From NCBI RefSeq assembly GCF_963921235.1, contig NC_086097.1:243538001-243602000 (forward strand): a stretch of DNA of 64,000 bases, written 5' to 3'. The notes beneath the pieces are model-generated. The model was not told the DNA's origin. It made no database searches and worked only from the letters and a program-made list of their open reading frames with translations. Shown one piece after another: positions 48,280 to 59,898 of the stretch. Positions within the stretch are counted from its first letter, which is position 1. Every line of letters starts with the position of its first letter. The position numbers were made by a program, and so were the translations under genes. Source of the DNA: Mobula hypostoma (lineage: Eukaryota).

Positions 48280-51279
48280 TTGGGGGGTGGGAATCAAATT
48301 AAAGCGGCTAGGTGTGAGGAGGTTAGTTCACAACAGAGGGATGGGAACCAGTGCAGAGAGACAGAGGAGTGTAAAGTGAGCGTAGAAGCAAAAAGTACAA
48401 AGGGGAAAAGTAAAAGTGGCAGGCCGACAAATCCAGGGCAAGCATTAAAAAGGGCTAAGAGAGTTGTAAAAGAGCGCCTGAAGGCTTTATGTGTCAATGC
48501 AAGGAGCATTCGTAATAAGGTGGATGAATTGAAAGTGCAGATTGTTATTAATGATTATGATATAGTTGGGATCACAGAGACATGGCTCCAGGGTGACCAG
48601 GGATGGGAGCTCAACGTTCAGGGATATTCAATATTCAGGAGGGATAGACACGAAGGAAGGGGAGGTGGGGTGGCGTTGCTGGTTAAAAAAGAGATTAACG
48701 CAATAGAAAGGAAGGACATAAGCCGGGAAGATGTGGAATCGATATGGGTAGAGCTGCGTAACACTAAGGGGCAGAAGACGCTGCTGGGAGTTGTGTACAG
48801 GCCACCTAACAGTAGTAGTGAGGTCGGAGATGGTATTAAACAGGAAATTAGAAATGTGTGCAATAAAGGAACAGCAGTTATAATGGGTGACTTCAATCTA
48901 CATGTAGACTGGGTGAACCAAATTGGTAAAGGTGCTGAGGAAGAGGATTTCTTGGAATGTATGCGGGATGGTTTTTTGAACCAACATGTCGAGGAACCGA
49001 CTAGAGAGCAGGCTATTCTGGACTGGGTTTTGAGCAATGAGGAAGGGTTAATTAGCGATCTTGTCGTGAGAGGCCCCTTGGGTAAGAGTGACCATAATAT
49101 GGTGGAATTCTTCATTAACATGGAGAGTGACGTAGTTAATTCAGAAACAAAGGTTCTGAACTTAAAGAGGGGTAACTTTGAAGGTATGAGACATGAATTA
49201 GCTAAGATAGACTGGCAAATGACACTTCAAGGATTGACGGTGGATATGCAATGGCAGGCATTTAAAGGTTGCATGGATGAACTACAACAATTGTTCATCC
49301 CAGTTTGGCAAAAGAATAAATCAAGGAAGGTAGTGCACCCGTGGCTGACAAGAGAAATTAGGGATAGTATCAATTCCAAAGAAGTAGCATACAAATTAGC
49401 CAGAGAAAGTGGCTCACCTGAGGACTGGGAGAAATTCAGAGTTCAGCAGAGGAGGACAAAGGGCTTAATTAGGAAGGGGAAAAAAGATTATGAGAGAAAA
49501 CTGGTAGAGAACATAAAAACGGACTGTAAAAGCTTTTATAGATATGTAAAAAGGAAAAGACTGATAAAGACAAATGTAGGTCCCCTGCAAACAGAAACAG
49601 GTGAATTGATTATGGGGAGCAAGGACATGGCAGACCAATTGAATAATTACTTTGGTTCTGTCTTCACTAAGGAGGACATAAATAATCTTCCAGAAATAGT
49701 AAGGGACAGAGGGTCCAGTGAGATGGAGGAACTGAGCGAAATACATGTTAGTAGGGAAGTGGTGTTAGGTAAATTGAAGGGATTGAAGGCAGATAAATCC
49801 CCAGGGCCAGATGGTCTGCATCCCAGAGTGCTTAAGGAAGTGGCCCAAGAAATAGTGGATGCATTAGTGATAATTTTTCAAAACTCGTTAGATTCTGGAC
49901 TAGTTCCTGAGGATTGGAGGGTGGCTAATGTAACCCCACTTTTTAAAAAAGGAGGGAGAGAGAAACCGGGGAATTATAGGCCGGTTAGCCTAACGTCGGT
50001 GGTGGGGAAACTGCTGGAGTCAGTTATCAAGGATGTGATAACAGCACATTTGGAAAGCGGTGAAATGATCGGACAAAGTCAGCATGGATTTGTGAAAGGA
50101 AAATCATGTCTGACGAATCTCATAGAATTTTTTGAGGATGTAACTAGTAGAGTGGATAGGGGAGAACCAGTGGATGTGGTATATTTGGATTTTCAAAAGG
50201 CTTTTGACAAGGTCCCACACAGGAGATTAGTGTGCAAACTTAAAGCACATGGTATTGGGGGTAAGGTATTGGTGTGGGTGGAGAATTGGTTAGCAGACAG
50301 GAAGCAAAGAGTGGGAATAAACGGGACCTTTTCAGAATGGCAGGCGGTGACTAGTGGGGTACCGCAAGGCTCAGTGCTGGGACCCCAGTTGTTTACAATA
50401 TATATTAATGACTTGGATGAGGGAATTAAATGCAGCATCTCCAAGTTTGCGGATGACACGAAGCTGGGTGGCAGTGTTAGCAGTGAGGAGGATGCTAAGA
50501 GGATGCAGGGTGACTTGGATAGGTTGGGTGAGTGGGCAAACTCATGGCAGATGCAATTTAATGTGGATAAATGTGAAGTTATCCACTTTGGTGGCAAAAA
50601 TAGGAAAACAGATTATTATCTGAATGGTGGCCGATTAGGAAAAGGGGAGGTGCAACGAGACCTGGGTGTCATTATACACCAGTCATTGAAAGTGGGCATG
50701 CAGGTACAGCAGGCGGTGAAAAAGGCGAACGGTATGCTGGCATTTATAGCGAGAGGATTCGAGTACAGGAGCAGGGAGGTACTACTGCAGTTGTACAAGG
50801 CCTTGGTGAGACCACACCTGGAGTATTGTGTGCAGTTTTGGTCCCCTAATCTGAGGAAAGACATCCTTGCCATAGAGGGAGTACAAAGAAGGTTCACCAG
50901 ATTGATTCCTGGGATGGCAGGTCTTTCATATGAAGAAAGACTGGATGAACTGGGCTTGTACTCGTTGGAATTTAGAAGATTGAGGGGGGATCTGATTGAA
51001 ACGTATAAGATCCTAAAGGGATTGGACAGGCTAGATGCGGGAAGATTGTTCCCGATGTTGGGGAGGTCTAGAACGAGGGGTCACAGTTTGAGGATAGAGG
51101 GGAAGCCTTTTAGGACCGAGGTTAGGAAAAACTTCTTCACACAGAGAGTGGTGAATCTGTGGAATTCTCTGCCACAGCAAACTGTTGAGGCCAGTTCATT
51201 AGCTATGTTTAAAAGGAAGTTAGATATGGCCCTTGTGGCTACAGGGGTCACGGGGTATGGAGGGAAGGCTGGGTTCTGA
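48280..51279 (+). CDS. CR1 ORF2p: APE endonuclease and reverse transcriptase (no AUG start; frame open from 48259)
   Basis: 999 codons: NARSI, GITETWL, YRPP, MGDFN, SDHN; KSPGPDG, YRPVSLTS, QHGF, LDFQKAFD, GVPQGSVLGP, KFADD. Confidence 0.95.
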   Translation: MGGGNQIKAARCEEVSSQQRDGNQCRETEECKVSVEAKSTKGKSKSGRPTNPGQALKRAKRVVKERLKALCVNARSIRNKVDELKVQIVINDYDIVGITETWLQGDQGWELNVQGYSIFRRDRHEGRGGGVALLVKKEINAIERKDISREDVESIWVELRNTKGQKTLLGVVYRPPNSSSEVGDGIKQEIRNVCNKGTAVIMGDFNLHVDWVNQIGKGAEEEDFLECMRDGFLNQHVEEPTREQAILDWVLSNEEGLISDLVVRGPLGKSDHNMVEFFINMESDVVNSETKVLNLKRGNFEGMRHELAKIDWQMTLQGLTVDMQWQAFKGCMDELQQLFIPVWQKNKSRKVVHPWLTREIRDSINSKEVAYKLARESGSPEDWEKFRVQQRRTKGLIRKGKKDYERKLVENIKTDCKSFYRYVKRKRLIKTNVGPLQTETGELIMGSKDMADQLNNYFGSVFTKEDINNLPEIVRDRGSSEMEELSEIHVSREVVLGKLKGLKADKSPGPDGLHPRVLKEVAQEIVDALVIIFQNSLDSGLVPEDWRVANVTPLFKKGGREKPGNYRPVSLTSVVGKLLESVIKDVITAHLESGEMIGQSQHGFVKGKSCLTNLIEFFEDVTSRVDRGEPVDVVYLDFQKAFDKVPHRRLVCKLKAHGIGGKVLVWVENWLADRKQRVGINGTFSEWQAVTSGVPQGSVLGPQLFTIYINDLDEGIKCSISKFADDTKLGGSVSSEEDAKRMQGDLDRLGEWANSWQMQFNVDKCEVIHFGGKNRKTDYYLNGGRLGKGEVQRDLGVIIHQSLKVGMQVQQAVKKANGMLAFIARGFEYRSREVLLQLYKALVRPHLEYCVQFWSPNLRKDILAIEGVQRRFTRLIPGMAGLSYEERLDELGLYSLEFRRLRGDLIETYKILKGLDRLDAGRLFPMLGRSRTRGHSLRIEGKPFRTEVRKNFFTQRVVNLWNSLPQQTVEASSLAMFKRKLDMALVATGVTGYGGKAGF

Positions 51280-52699
51280 GTTGGATGATCAGCCATGATC
51301 ATAATAAATGGCGGTGCAGGCTCGAAGGGCCGAATGGCCTACTCCTGCACCTATTTTCTATGTTTCTATGTTTCTATCTCCAAGTTTGCGGATGACACGA
51401 AGCTGGGTGGCAGTGTTAGCTGTGAGGAGGATGCTAAGAGGATGCAGGGTGACTTGGATAGGTTGGGTGAGTGGGCAAATTCATGGCAGATGCAATTTAA
51501 TGTGGATAAATGTGAAGTTATCCACTTTGTGGCAAAAATAGGAAAACAGATTATTATCTGAATGGTGGCCGATTCGGAAAAGGGGAGGTGCAACGAGACC
51601 TGAGTGTCATTATAACCCAGTCATTGAAAGTGGGCATGCAGGTACAGCAGGCGGTGAAAAAGGCGAATGGTATGCTGGCATTTATAGCGAGAGGATTCGA
51701 GTACAGGAGCAGGGAGGTACTACTGCAGTTGTACAAGGCCTCGGTGAGACCACACCTGGAGTATTGTGTGCAGTTTTGGTCCCCTAATCTGAGGAAAGAC
51801 ATCCTTGCCATAGAAGGAGTACAAAGAAGGTTCACCAGATTGATTCCTGGGATGGCAGGACTTTCATATGAAGAAAGACTGGATGAACTGGGCTTGTACT
51901 CGTTGGAATTTAGAAGATTGAGGGGGGATCTGATTGAAACGTATAAAATCCTAAAGGGATTGGACAGGCTAGATGCAGGAAGATTGTTCCCAATGTTGGG
52001 GAAGTCCAGAACGAGGGGCCACAGTTTGAGGATAGAGGGGAAGCCTTTTAGGACCGAGATTAGGAAAAACTTCTTCACACAGAGAGTGGTGAATCTGTGG
52101 AATTCTTTGCCACAGGAAACAGTTGAGGCCAGTTCATTGGCTATATTTAAGAGGGAGTTAGATATGGCCCTTGTGGCTACGGGGGTCAGGGGGTATGGAG
52201 GGAAGGCTTAGGTGGGGTTCTGAGTTGGATGATCAGCCATGACCATAATAAATGGCGGTGCAGGCTCGAAGGGCCGAATGGCCTACTCCTGCACCTATTT
52301 TCTATGTTTCTATGTTTGTAAACTCTCCCTGTCATGCCCGACCACAGTCCGACTCTGAGTCATCTGAAAACTTCGAGCCTCCGACACTGAGTACCGAGCA
52401 CCATCTCTGCTGAACGCTTCGAACCCAGCCCCGGTCGCCAGCAGCAGGCAAAGCTGGGGATTTTGGGGCCTACCCTCCGGAGATTCTCGACTGCACAGTA
52501 GCAGCGGCAGCGAACCAGGCATTTCAGAAGTTTCTCCAGATGTTCCTCTGTGCTTCTCATGTCTGTCTCCATCAAATCAGAATTGTGCATGCCATCCTAC
52601 TTACAAATACCATATCATTTCACCGGAGAGCTGCATCGCGCTGCGTCGCACTGCCATCTTCTCCTCCCGCAATATTGCCTGGATTGAGGAACATGCCCT

Positions 52700-55600
52700 T
52701 TTGGATCAGGACTACAGAGCGGTGTGGGAGCTGAATTCTGAAGGAAGGCAGTTTTTTTTTTAAAGCTTCTTCGAGTGCAAGAAGGACGAGACTGTGCAGG
52801 CGCGTGACGTAACAGTACAGCGCGGAGAGTTTAATAAGGAGACAACCCTATACAGCGGGCAGCTGTCAGAGCGAGCAACGGAGTGAGTGGCAGCAGACTG
52901 TAGGGCTTTGGCTTCAACGGGCTTCGGCGGTAAACAGGAAGAGGCAAGAGCGAAGTACCAACTCTTTTTTTTCTCCCCTCCCCTTTCGCGAATCGGCCTG
53001 GACAGACAGGAACAGCAGGGCTCTCAAAGCTAACGGTATGAGCTAACGGTTTAAAAAGTTCGTCTGTTTGGCGAGGTAAGTGGGTGAGTAGACTTACTTT
53101 TCCTGTTCCCATTCCTGTAGAATTAGGTAGCATGCCTGCAGGGTTGATGCTTTGTCCAGGGTGTCAGATGTGGGAATCCTGGGAGACCTCCAGCCTCCCT
53201 GATGGCCACATCTACGCCAGGTGCACCAAGTTTCAGTTCTTCAGAAACCGTGTTAGGGATCTGGAGCTGTAGCTTGATGACCTACTGCTTATCAGGGAAA
53301 GTGAAGAGGTGATCGACAGGAGCTACAGGGAGGCAGTCATCCCTAGGCTACAGGAGTCAGAAAACTGGGTCACTGTCAAGAGAGGGAAGGGAAATGCCCG
53401 GATAGTGGAGAGCACACCTGTGGCTGTCCCCCTCAGCAACAAATATCTTGTTCTGGATGCTGTTGAGGGGGATGACCTGACAGGGGACGCCCACAGTGAC
53501 CAGGTCTCTGGCACTGTTATGCAGGAAGGAAGGAGGGAGAAGAGGAATGCAATAGTCATTGGAGATTCCATAGTCAGGGGAACGGACAGGAGATTCTGTG
53601 AGCCTGAAAGAGATACCCGCATGGTGTGTTGCCTCCCAGGTGCCAGGGTACGGGATGTCTCAGATCGGGTCCAGTATATTCTGAAGGGGGAGGGCAAGCA
53701 GCCAGTTGTCTTGGTACATGTTCGTACCAATGAGAAGGGGGGAGGTCCTGAAGAGAGATTTCTGGGAGTTAGGAAGGAAGCTGAGAAGCAGGACCTCTAG
53801 GGTAGTAATCTTGGGATTGCTACCTGTGCCACATGCTAGCGAGGGCAAGAATAGTAGGATCAGGCAGATGAATGCGTGGCTGAGAGACTGGTGCAGGGGG
53901 CAGAGCTTCAGATTCTTGGATAATTGGGATCTATTCTGGGGGAAGTATGACCTGTTCAAAATGGGCAGGTTACACCTGAACCCGAAGGGGACCAATATCC
54001 TGGCAGGAAGGTTTAATAGAGCTGTTAGGGAGGGTTTAAACTAATTTGGCAGGGGGATGGGAACCAGAATGATGGAGCAGAGGAAGGGGAAAACAGAAAT
54101 AAATTCTAAGTTAGTGAGCAAGAAGATGTCAGGAAAGACAGGCAGGTGATGGGGAAAATTTGTAGCCATTCGGATGAGTTGCAGTGAAATCAAAGCGAAA
54201 AGTACCAAATACTGGTCTTAAGGTATTATACTTAAATGCACGCAGCATAAGAAATAAGGTGGATGATCTTGTCGTACAGCTACAGATTGGCAGGTATGAT
54301 ATTGCGGCCATCACTGAGACGTGGCTAAAGGATGCATGTCTCTGGGAGCTGAACGTCCAAGGATACACGGTGTATCGGAAGGATAGGAAGGTAGGCAGAG
54401 GGGGAGGCGTGGCTTTATTGGTAAGAAATGATAATAGATCATTAGAAAGAGGTGATATAGGATCGGAAGGTGCAGAATCTTTATGGGTTGAGCTAAGAAA
54501 TAGCAGGGGTAAAAGGACCCTGATGGCAGTTATTTATAGGCCTCCAAACAACTGCAGTGATGTGGACTACAAATTACAACAGGAAATAGAAAAGGCTTGT
54601 CAGAAGGGCAGTGTTATGATAATTGTGGGGGATTTTAACATGCGACTGGATTGGGAAAATCAGGTCGGCACTAGATCTCAAGAGAGAGAATTTGTAGAAT
54701 GTCTGCGAGATGGCTTTTTAGAACAGCTTGTTGAACCCACTAGGGGATCGGCTGTACTGGATTGGGTATTGTGTAATGAACTGGAGGTGATTAGAGAGAT
54801 TGAGGTGAAGGAACCCTTAGGAGGCAGTGATCATAACATGACTGAGTTCACTGTGAAATTTGAAAAAGAGAAGCCGAAATCTGATGTGTCGGTATTTCAG
54901 TGGAAATTACAGTGGCATGAGAGAGGAACTGGCCAAAGTTGACTGGAAAGGAACACTGGCGGGAAGGATGGCAGAGCAGCAGTGGCTGGAGTTTATGCGA
55001 GCAGTGAGGAAGGTGTGAAACAGGTATATTCCAAAAAAGAAGAAATTTTCGAGTGGAAAAAGAATGCAATTGTGGATGACAAGAGAAGTCAAAGCCAAAG
55101 TTAAAGCAAAGGAGAGGGCACACAAGGAAGCAAAAATTAGTGGGAAGAGAGAGGATTGGGAAGTTTTTAAAAGCTTACAAAAGGAAACTAAGAAGGTCAT
55201 TAAGAGGGAAAAGATGAACTATGAAAGGAAGCTAGCAAATAATATCAAAGATACTAAAAGCTTTTTCAAGTATATAAAGAGTAAAAGACAGGTGAGAGTA
55301 GATAAAGGACCGATAGAAAATGATGCTGGAGAAATTGTAATGGGAGATAAGGAGATGGCGGAGGAACTGAACAAGTATTTTGCATCAGTCTTCACTGAGG
55401 AAAACATCAGCAGTATACCGGACACTCAAGGGTGGCAGGGAAGAGAAGTGTGTGCAGTCACAATTACGACAGAGAAAGTACTCAGGAAGCTGAATAGTCT
55501 AAAGGTAGATAAATCTCCTGGACCAGATGGAATGCACCCTCGTGTTCTGAAGGAAGCAGCTGTGGTGATTGCGGAGGCATTAGTGATGATCTTTCAAAAG

Positions 55601-57100
55601 TCGATAGATTCTGGCATGGTTCTGGAGGACTGGAAGATTGCAAATGTCTAAATGTCACTCCGCTATTTAAGAAGGGGGCAAGGAAGCAAAAAGGAAATTA
55701 TAGACCTGTTAGCTTGACGTCGGTGGTTGGGAAGTTGTTGGAGTCGATTGTCAAGGATGAGGTTACAGAGTACCTGGAGGCATATGACAAGATAGGCAGA
55801 ACTCAGCATGGATTCCTTAAAGGAAAATCCTGCCTGACAAACCTATTACAATTTTTTGAGGAAATTACCAGTAGGCTAGACAAGGGAGATGCAGTGGATG
55901 TTGTATATTTGGATTTTCAGAAGGCCTTTGACAAGGTGCCACACATGAGGCTACTTAACAAGATAAGAGCCCATGGATTTATAGGAAAGTTACATACGTG
56001 GACAGAGTGTTGGCTGATTGGCAGGAAACAGAGAGTGGGAATAAAGGGAACCTATTCTGGTTGGCTGCCGGTCACCAGTGGTGTTCCACAGGGGTCCGTG
56101 TTGGGGCCAGTTCTTTTTACATTGTACATCAACGATTTAGATTATGGAATGGATGGCTTTGTGGCTAAGTTTGCTGACGATATGAAGATAGGTGGAGGGA
56201 CCGGTAGTGCTGAGGAAACGGAGAGTCTGCAGAGAGACTTGGATAGTTTGGAAGAATGGGCAAAGAAGTCGCAAATGAAATACAATGTTGGAAAGTGTAT
56301 GGTTATGCACTTTGGCAGAAGAAATAAACGGGTAGACTATTATTTAAATGGAGAAAGAATTCAAAGTTCTGAGATGCAACGGGACTTGGGAGTCCTCGTA
56401 CAGGATACCCTTAAGGTTAACCTCCAGGTTGAGTCGGTGGTGAAGAAGGTGAATGTAATGTTGGCATTCATTTCTAGAGGAATAGAGTATAGGAGCAGGG
56501 ATGTGATGTTGAGGCTCTATAAGGCGCTGGTGAGACCTCACTTGGAGTACTGTGGGCAGTTTTGGTCTCCTTATTTAAGAAAGGATGTGCTGACGCTGGG
56601 GAGGGTACAGAGAAGATTCACTAGAATGATTCCAGGAATGAAAGGGTTAACATATGAGGAACATTTGTCCGCTCTTGGACTGTATTCCTTGGAGTTTAGA
56701 AGAATGAGGGGAGACATCATAGAAACATTTCGAATGTTGAAAGGCATGCACAGAGTGGATGTGGCAAAGTTGTTTCCCATGATGGGGGAGTCTAGTACGA
56801 GAGGGCATGACTTAAGGATTGAAGGGCGCCCATTCAGAACAGAGATGCGAAGAATTTTTTTTTTAGCCAGAGGGTGGTGAATCTATGGAATTTGTTGCCA
56901 CGGGCAGCAGTGGAGGCCAAGTCATTGGGTGTATTTTAGGCAGAGATTGATAGGTATCTGAGTATCCAGGGCATCAAAGGTTATGGTGAGAAAGCAGGGG
57001 AGTGGGACTAAATGGGAGAATGGATCAGCTCATGATAAAATGGCGGAGCAGACTCGATGGGCTGAATGGCCGACTTCTGCTCCTTTGTCTTATGGTCTAT
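52700..57100 (+). mobile_element. Full-span CR1 of another subfamily, ORFs disrupted
   Basis: ORF1 pieces 53131-54044; APE 54184..54942; 55064..55651; RT 55714..56880; 3' end TTTGTCTTATGGTCT. Confidence 0.93.
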
Positions 57101-59898
57101 GAGAATAGGTTGAGTAAACTCAGTCTTTTCTCCTTGGAGCGGCGTAGGATGAGAGGTGACCTGATAGAAGTGTACAAGATTATTGGAGGCTACACAAGAG
57201 GGCACAGGTTTAAGGTGCTGGGGAGTAGGTACAGAGGAGATGTCAGGGGTAAGCTTTTTTACGCAGAGTGTGGTGAGTGCGTGGAATAGGCTGTTGGCAA
57301 TGGTGGTGGAGGCAGATACAATAGGGTCTTTTAAGAGACTGCTGGGTTGGTACATGGAGCTTAGAAAAATAGAGGGCTATGGGTAACCCTAGATTTCTGT
57401 TTTACTTATCCCTAGTTAGTTAGAAGACCAAACATAATTTCTGTTCTTAAGTATTACAGTTAACTTCAGTTTCAGTTCCAGGCAGTATATCTACAAGTTT
57501 AAATTCAAATTCATAAACTATATATCTATGCAGTTAACTCCTTTCATGACAATTCGCCAACATCACATGTCCTTGTAAAAATAATCAGTTCTTGCAGAAA
57601 ATCAAATTTGGATTCTTCGAATGAAAATAAACTTAAACATCCAACTGTATTAAACCCTCTGCATCATTACACATTTTGTTCCCACACTGGTTCTCCAATT
57701 CTTGGGTGGCTCGTCATCTTTGTTCTTGGAATAAACTAATATATCATCCAGTTCACAAACTTGACTAAATCCCTTGGTATGATTTTACAGAACTAATTCC
57801 CGACTGCATGGTATGGATTTTGGACATTCACATCTGGCAAAATTGTCTGGTTAAAGCTGCTATGTGTTATATCTGTAGTTTCAATAGATCTTTTACCTCT
57901 ATTGTCATTCCTCCAGGGGTCTCACCCTGAGGTTTTCAAGTTAGTAGGATAAAAAATACTCACGACTAATTCCACTCTTAACAGTTCATGTCTTCAGCTT
58001 CTAATCATTACTGTGTTTCTCTCCTTATCCATCCTGCGTTCTGGCATACCAAATTTTCTTTTTTCAAAAAATTCAGTAAACCTCGTTTTCACCCCTCTGC
58101 AGGTGGAACTTTCTAGCATCACAACTTTGGGTTTAATTAACCTGGATTACATCCTCCCCCTTTGAATTTATGCAAGCCCCTTTGCATACAGTTACAGTTT
58201 GCACTGTAATGGGTTTGGGGTGTTCTTCGTATGTGAAATCTGGAAGAGACTCTACAATAGCTGAACTCGGAGCTTAGAAAAGGGACTGAATTACTGTCAC
58301 TAAAGGATTTCCTAGCTCAGGATATGTTTGAGTTCTAGATTTTTTCTCTGTGTCTAGAAGACCTTCAGAATTCAGGCTCTTCTTTGTGACAATTTTAATT
58401 TGTTGTGTCTTTTCTAGTCAACACTTCATTATGTGTCTCTTTTTCTTGACAAATCTCAGACTCATTTGGGATCGACAAAATTTCCAGACCTGCCATCAGG
58501 TGGGATACACTGATTTTGCATTTCCTCATTTGTTGTTTCTTCCACAGGGTTTTCTTCGGAACTGATAGGTAAGTTACTTTCTTCAGGTAAGTAACTTGCA
58601 TTTCTTTGGGATTCCAGCACTAGTTCTGCCGCTAGAGTGGTTGTAAACGGCTGGTTTGGGCTTGGTTTGGAGCCCACGGTTCTTCTGTGTAACTGTTCAC
58701 AAGTTTCTCGACCCTGAGAAGGTTCAGCTACAACGTCAGTTCTTGGTCTGATGTAATAAACCTCATCCTTGTCCTCTTCAGAGTCAATTCGATTTTCTTC
58801 CTCTTCAACCGACTGTTCATTCTTAGTACTGCGAATTTTATACTTGCAAACAGGAACAGGAGAAAGTTTTCATGATCTTCAGAAGGAAGAAATCCACAAG
58901 GGAGCAAAAGATCCCTATGTAAAGTCTGTATGGGCCCAGGCTGGTTCTCACGATGTACCTTGTAAACAGGTAGATCACCAGCTTGGTGCACCACTACATA
59001 GACTATTTCTTCACATTTATCGGCAAGTTTGTTTTTACCTCGTAGGTGCACATTCCTTAGTAGCACTCGGTCTCCATCCCCCAACTCTGAAGATGTCGCC
59101 TGTTTATCACATCTGGTCTTGTTTTGGTCTGCCATTTTCTGTGAGTTCCCCATAGCTATCTCGAAGCTTTCCTCAAGATGAGATTTCAAATTTTGTATAT
59201 ACCAAGAATGTGCTTTACCATGTTTGTCTTTCAAGGGTAGTCTGAAAGTTAAGTCAACTGGAAGCCTGGGTTGTCATCCAAACATCAGTTCGTACAGACT
59301 AAAGCCAGTCATCTCATTCCTAGTACAAATATAAGCATGGGCTAGGGGTTTCACAAATTCTCACCAGTGACGTTTATCTTTCTTCTCCAGGGTTCCTAAC
59401 ATTTTTAAGAAGGTCCTGTTAAACCTCTTGACAGAGTTTCCTCTGGGATGGTATGGTGTAGTTCTGACTTCTTGAATTCCAGCTATCTCACACAATTCTT
59501 TAATCAAGTGCTATTCAAAGTCAGGCCTTGAATCACCGTGTAGGCATTCAGATACTCATCATACGAGATGAGATGCTCCCAAAGGCACTTTGCAACTGCC
59601 TTGGCTCCTTGGTTAGGTGTAAGAATAGCCAAAGCATATTTATTGAAATGATCAGTTATTACTAACACATCTTTTGTGTTACTTTGATCGGGTCTTAACT
59701 TAAGAAAGTCTATGCAGACCAGCAACAAGGGTCAATACTCACTAGAGGACCAGCTTTCTCAGGTAAGGTCTTTCTTCTTGTGCATTAACCACATGTTTTA
59801 ATCTTGTGTTCTACATCAGCAGCCAACTTGGACCAATAGAATCAGATTCTGACTAAATCCAGGGTACAGTCGCTGTGTACATACATCTACTGATGCTT

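Larger units (their letters stand above)
46762..51376 (+). mobile_element. Full-length, apparently intact CR1 LINE
   Basis: CpG-rich 5' UTR, two uninterrupted ORFs, 3' hairpin AAGGGCCGAATGGCCT and (TTTCTATG)n tail. Confidence 0.96.
46204..52319 (+). mobile_element. 5'-truncated CR1 host (46204-46762 and 51375-52319) of the intact element
   Basis: ORF 46207..46737 and 51375-52211 are colinear across GGAATTAAATGC|ATCTCCAAGTTTGCGGATGAC. Confidence 0.92.
45925..52672 (-). mobile_element. About 630-bp non-coding SINE-like element in two pieces (45925-46203, 52320-52672)
   Basis: Minus-strand 5' end GGGAGGAGAAGATGGC (YY1-like); 3' end AATAAAAG...(ATCTA)n. Split at a duplicated AAACT (46199-46203 and 52320-52324). 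Confidence 0.65.
45631..57392 (+). mobile_element. Outer CR1 3' fragment in three pieces (45631-45924, about 52673-52699, 57098-57392)
   Basis: ...TTTACAAGGAT | ATTGCCTGGATTGAGGAACATGCCCT | TATGAGAATAGGTTGAG rebuilds the CR1 motif FTRMLPGL.SMPYENRL seen at 37564..37944. Confidence 0.8.

Noticed and set aside
10..56880. Bacterial retron, group II intron or DGR reverse transcriptase systems
   Set aside because: All RTs carry non-LTR, Penelope or Gypsy motifs with APE, GIY-YIG or integrase partners, and there is no prokaryotic gene organisation.
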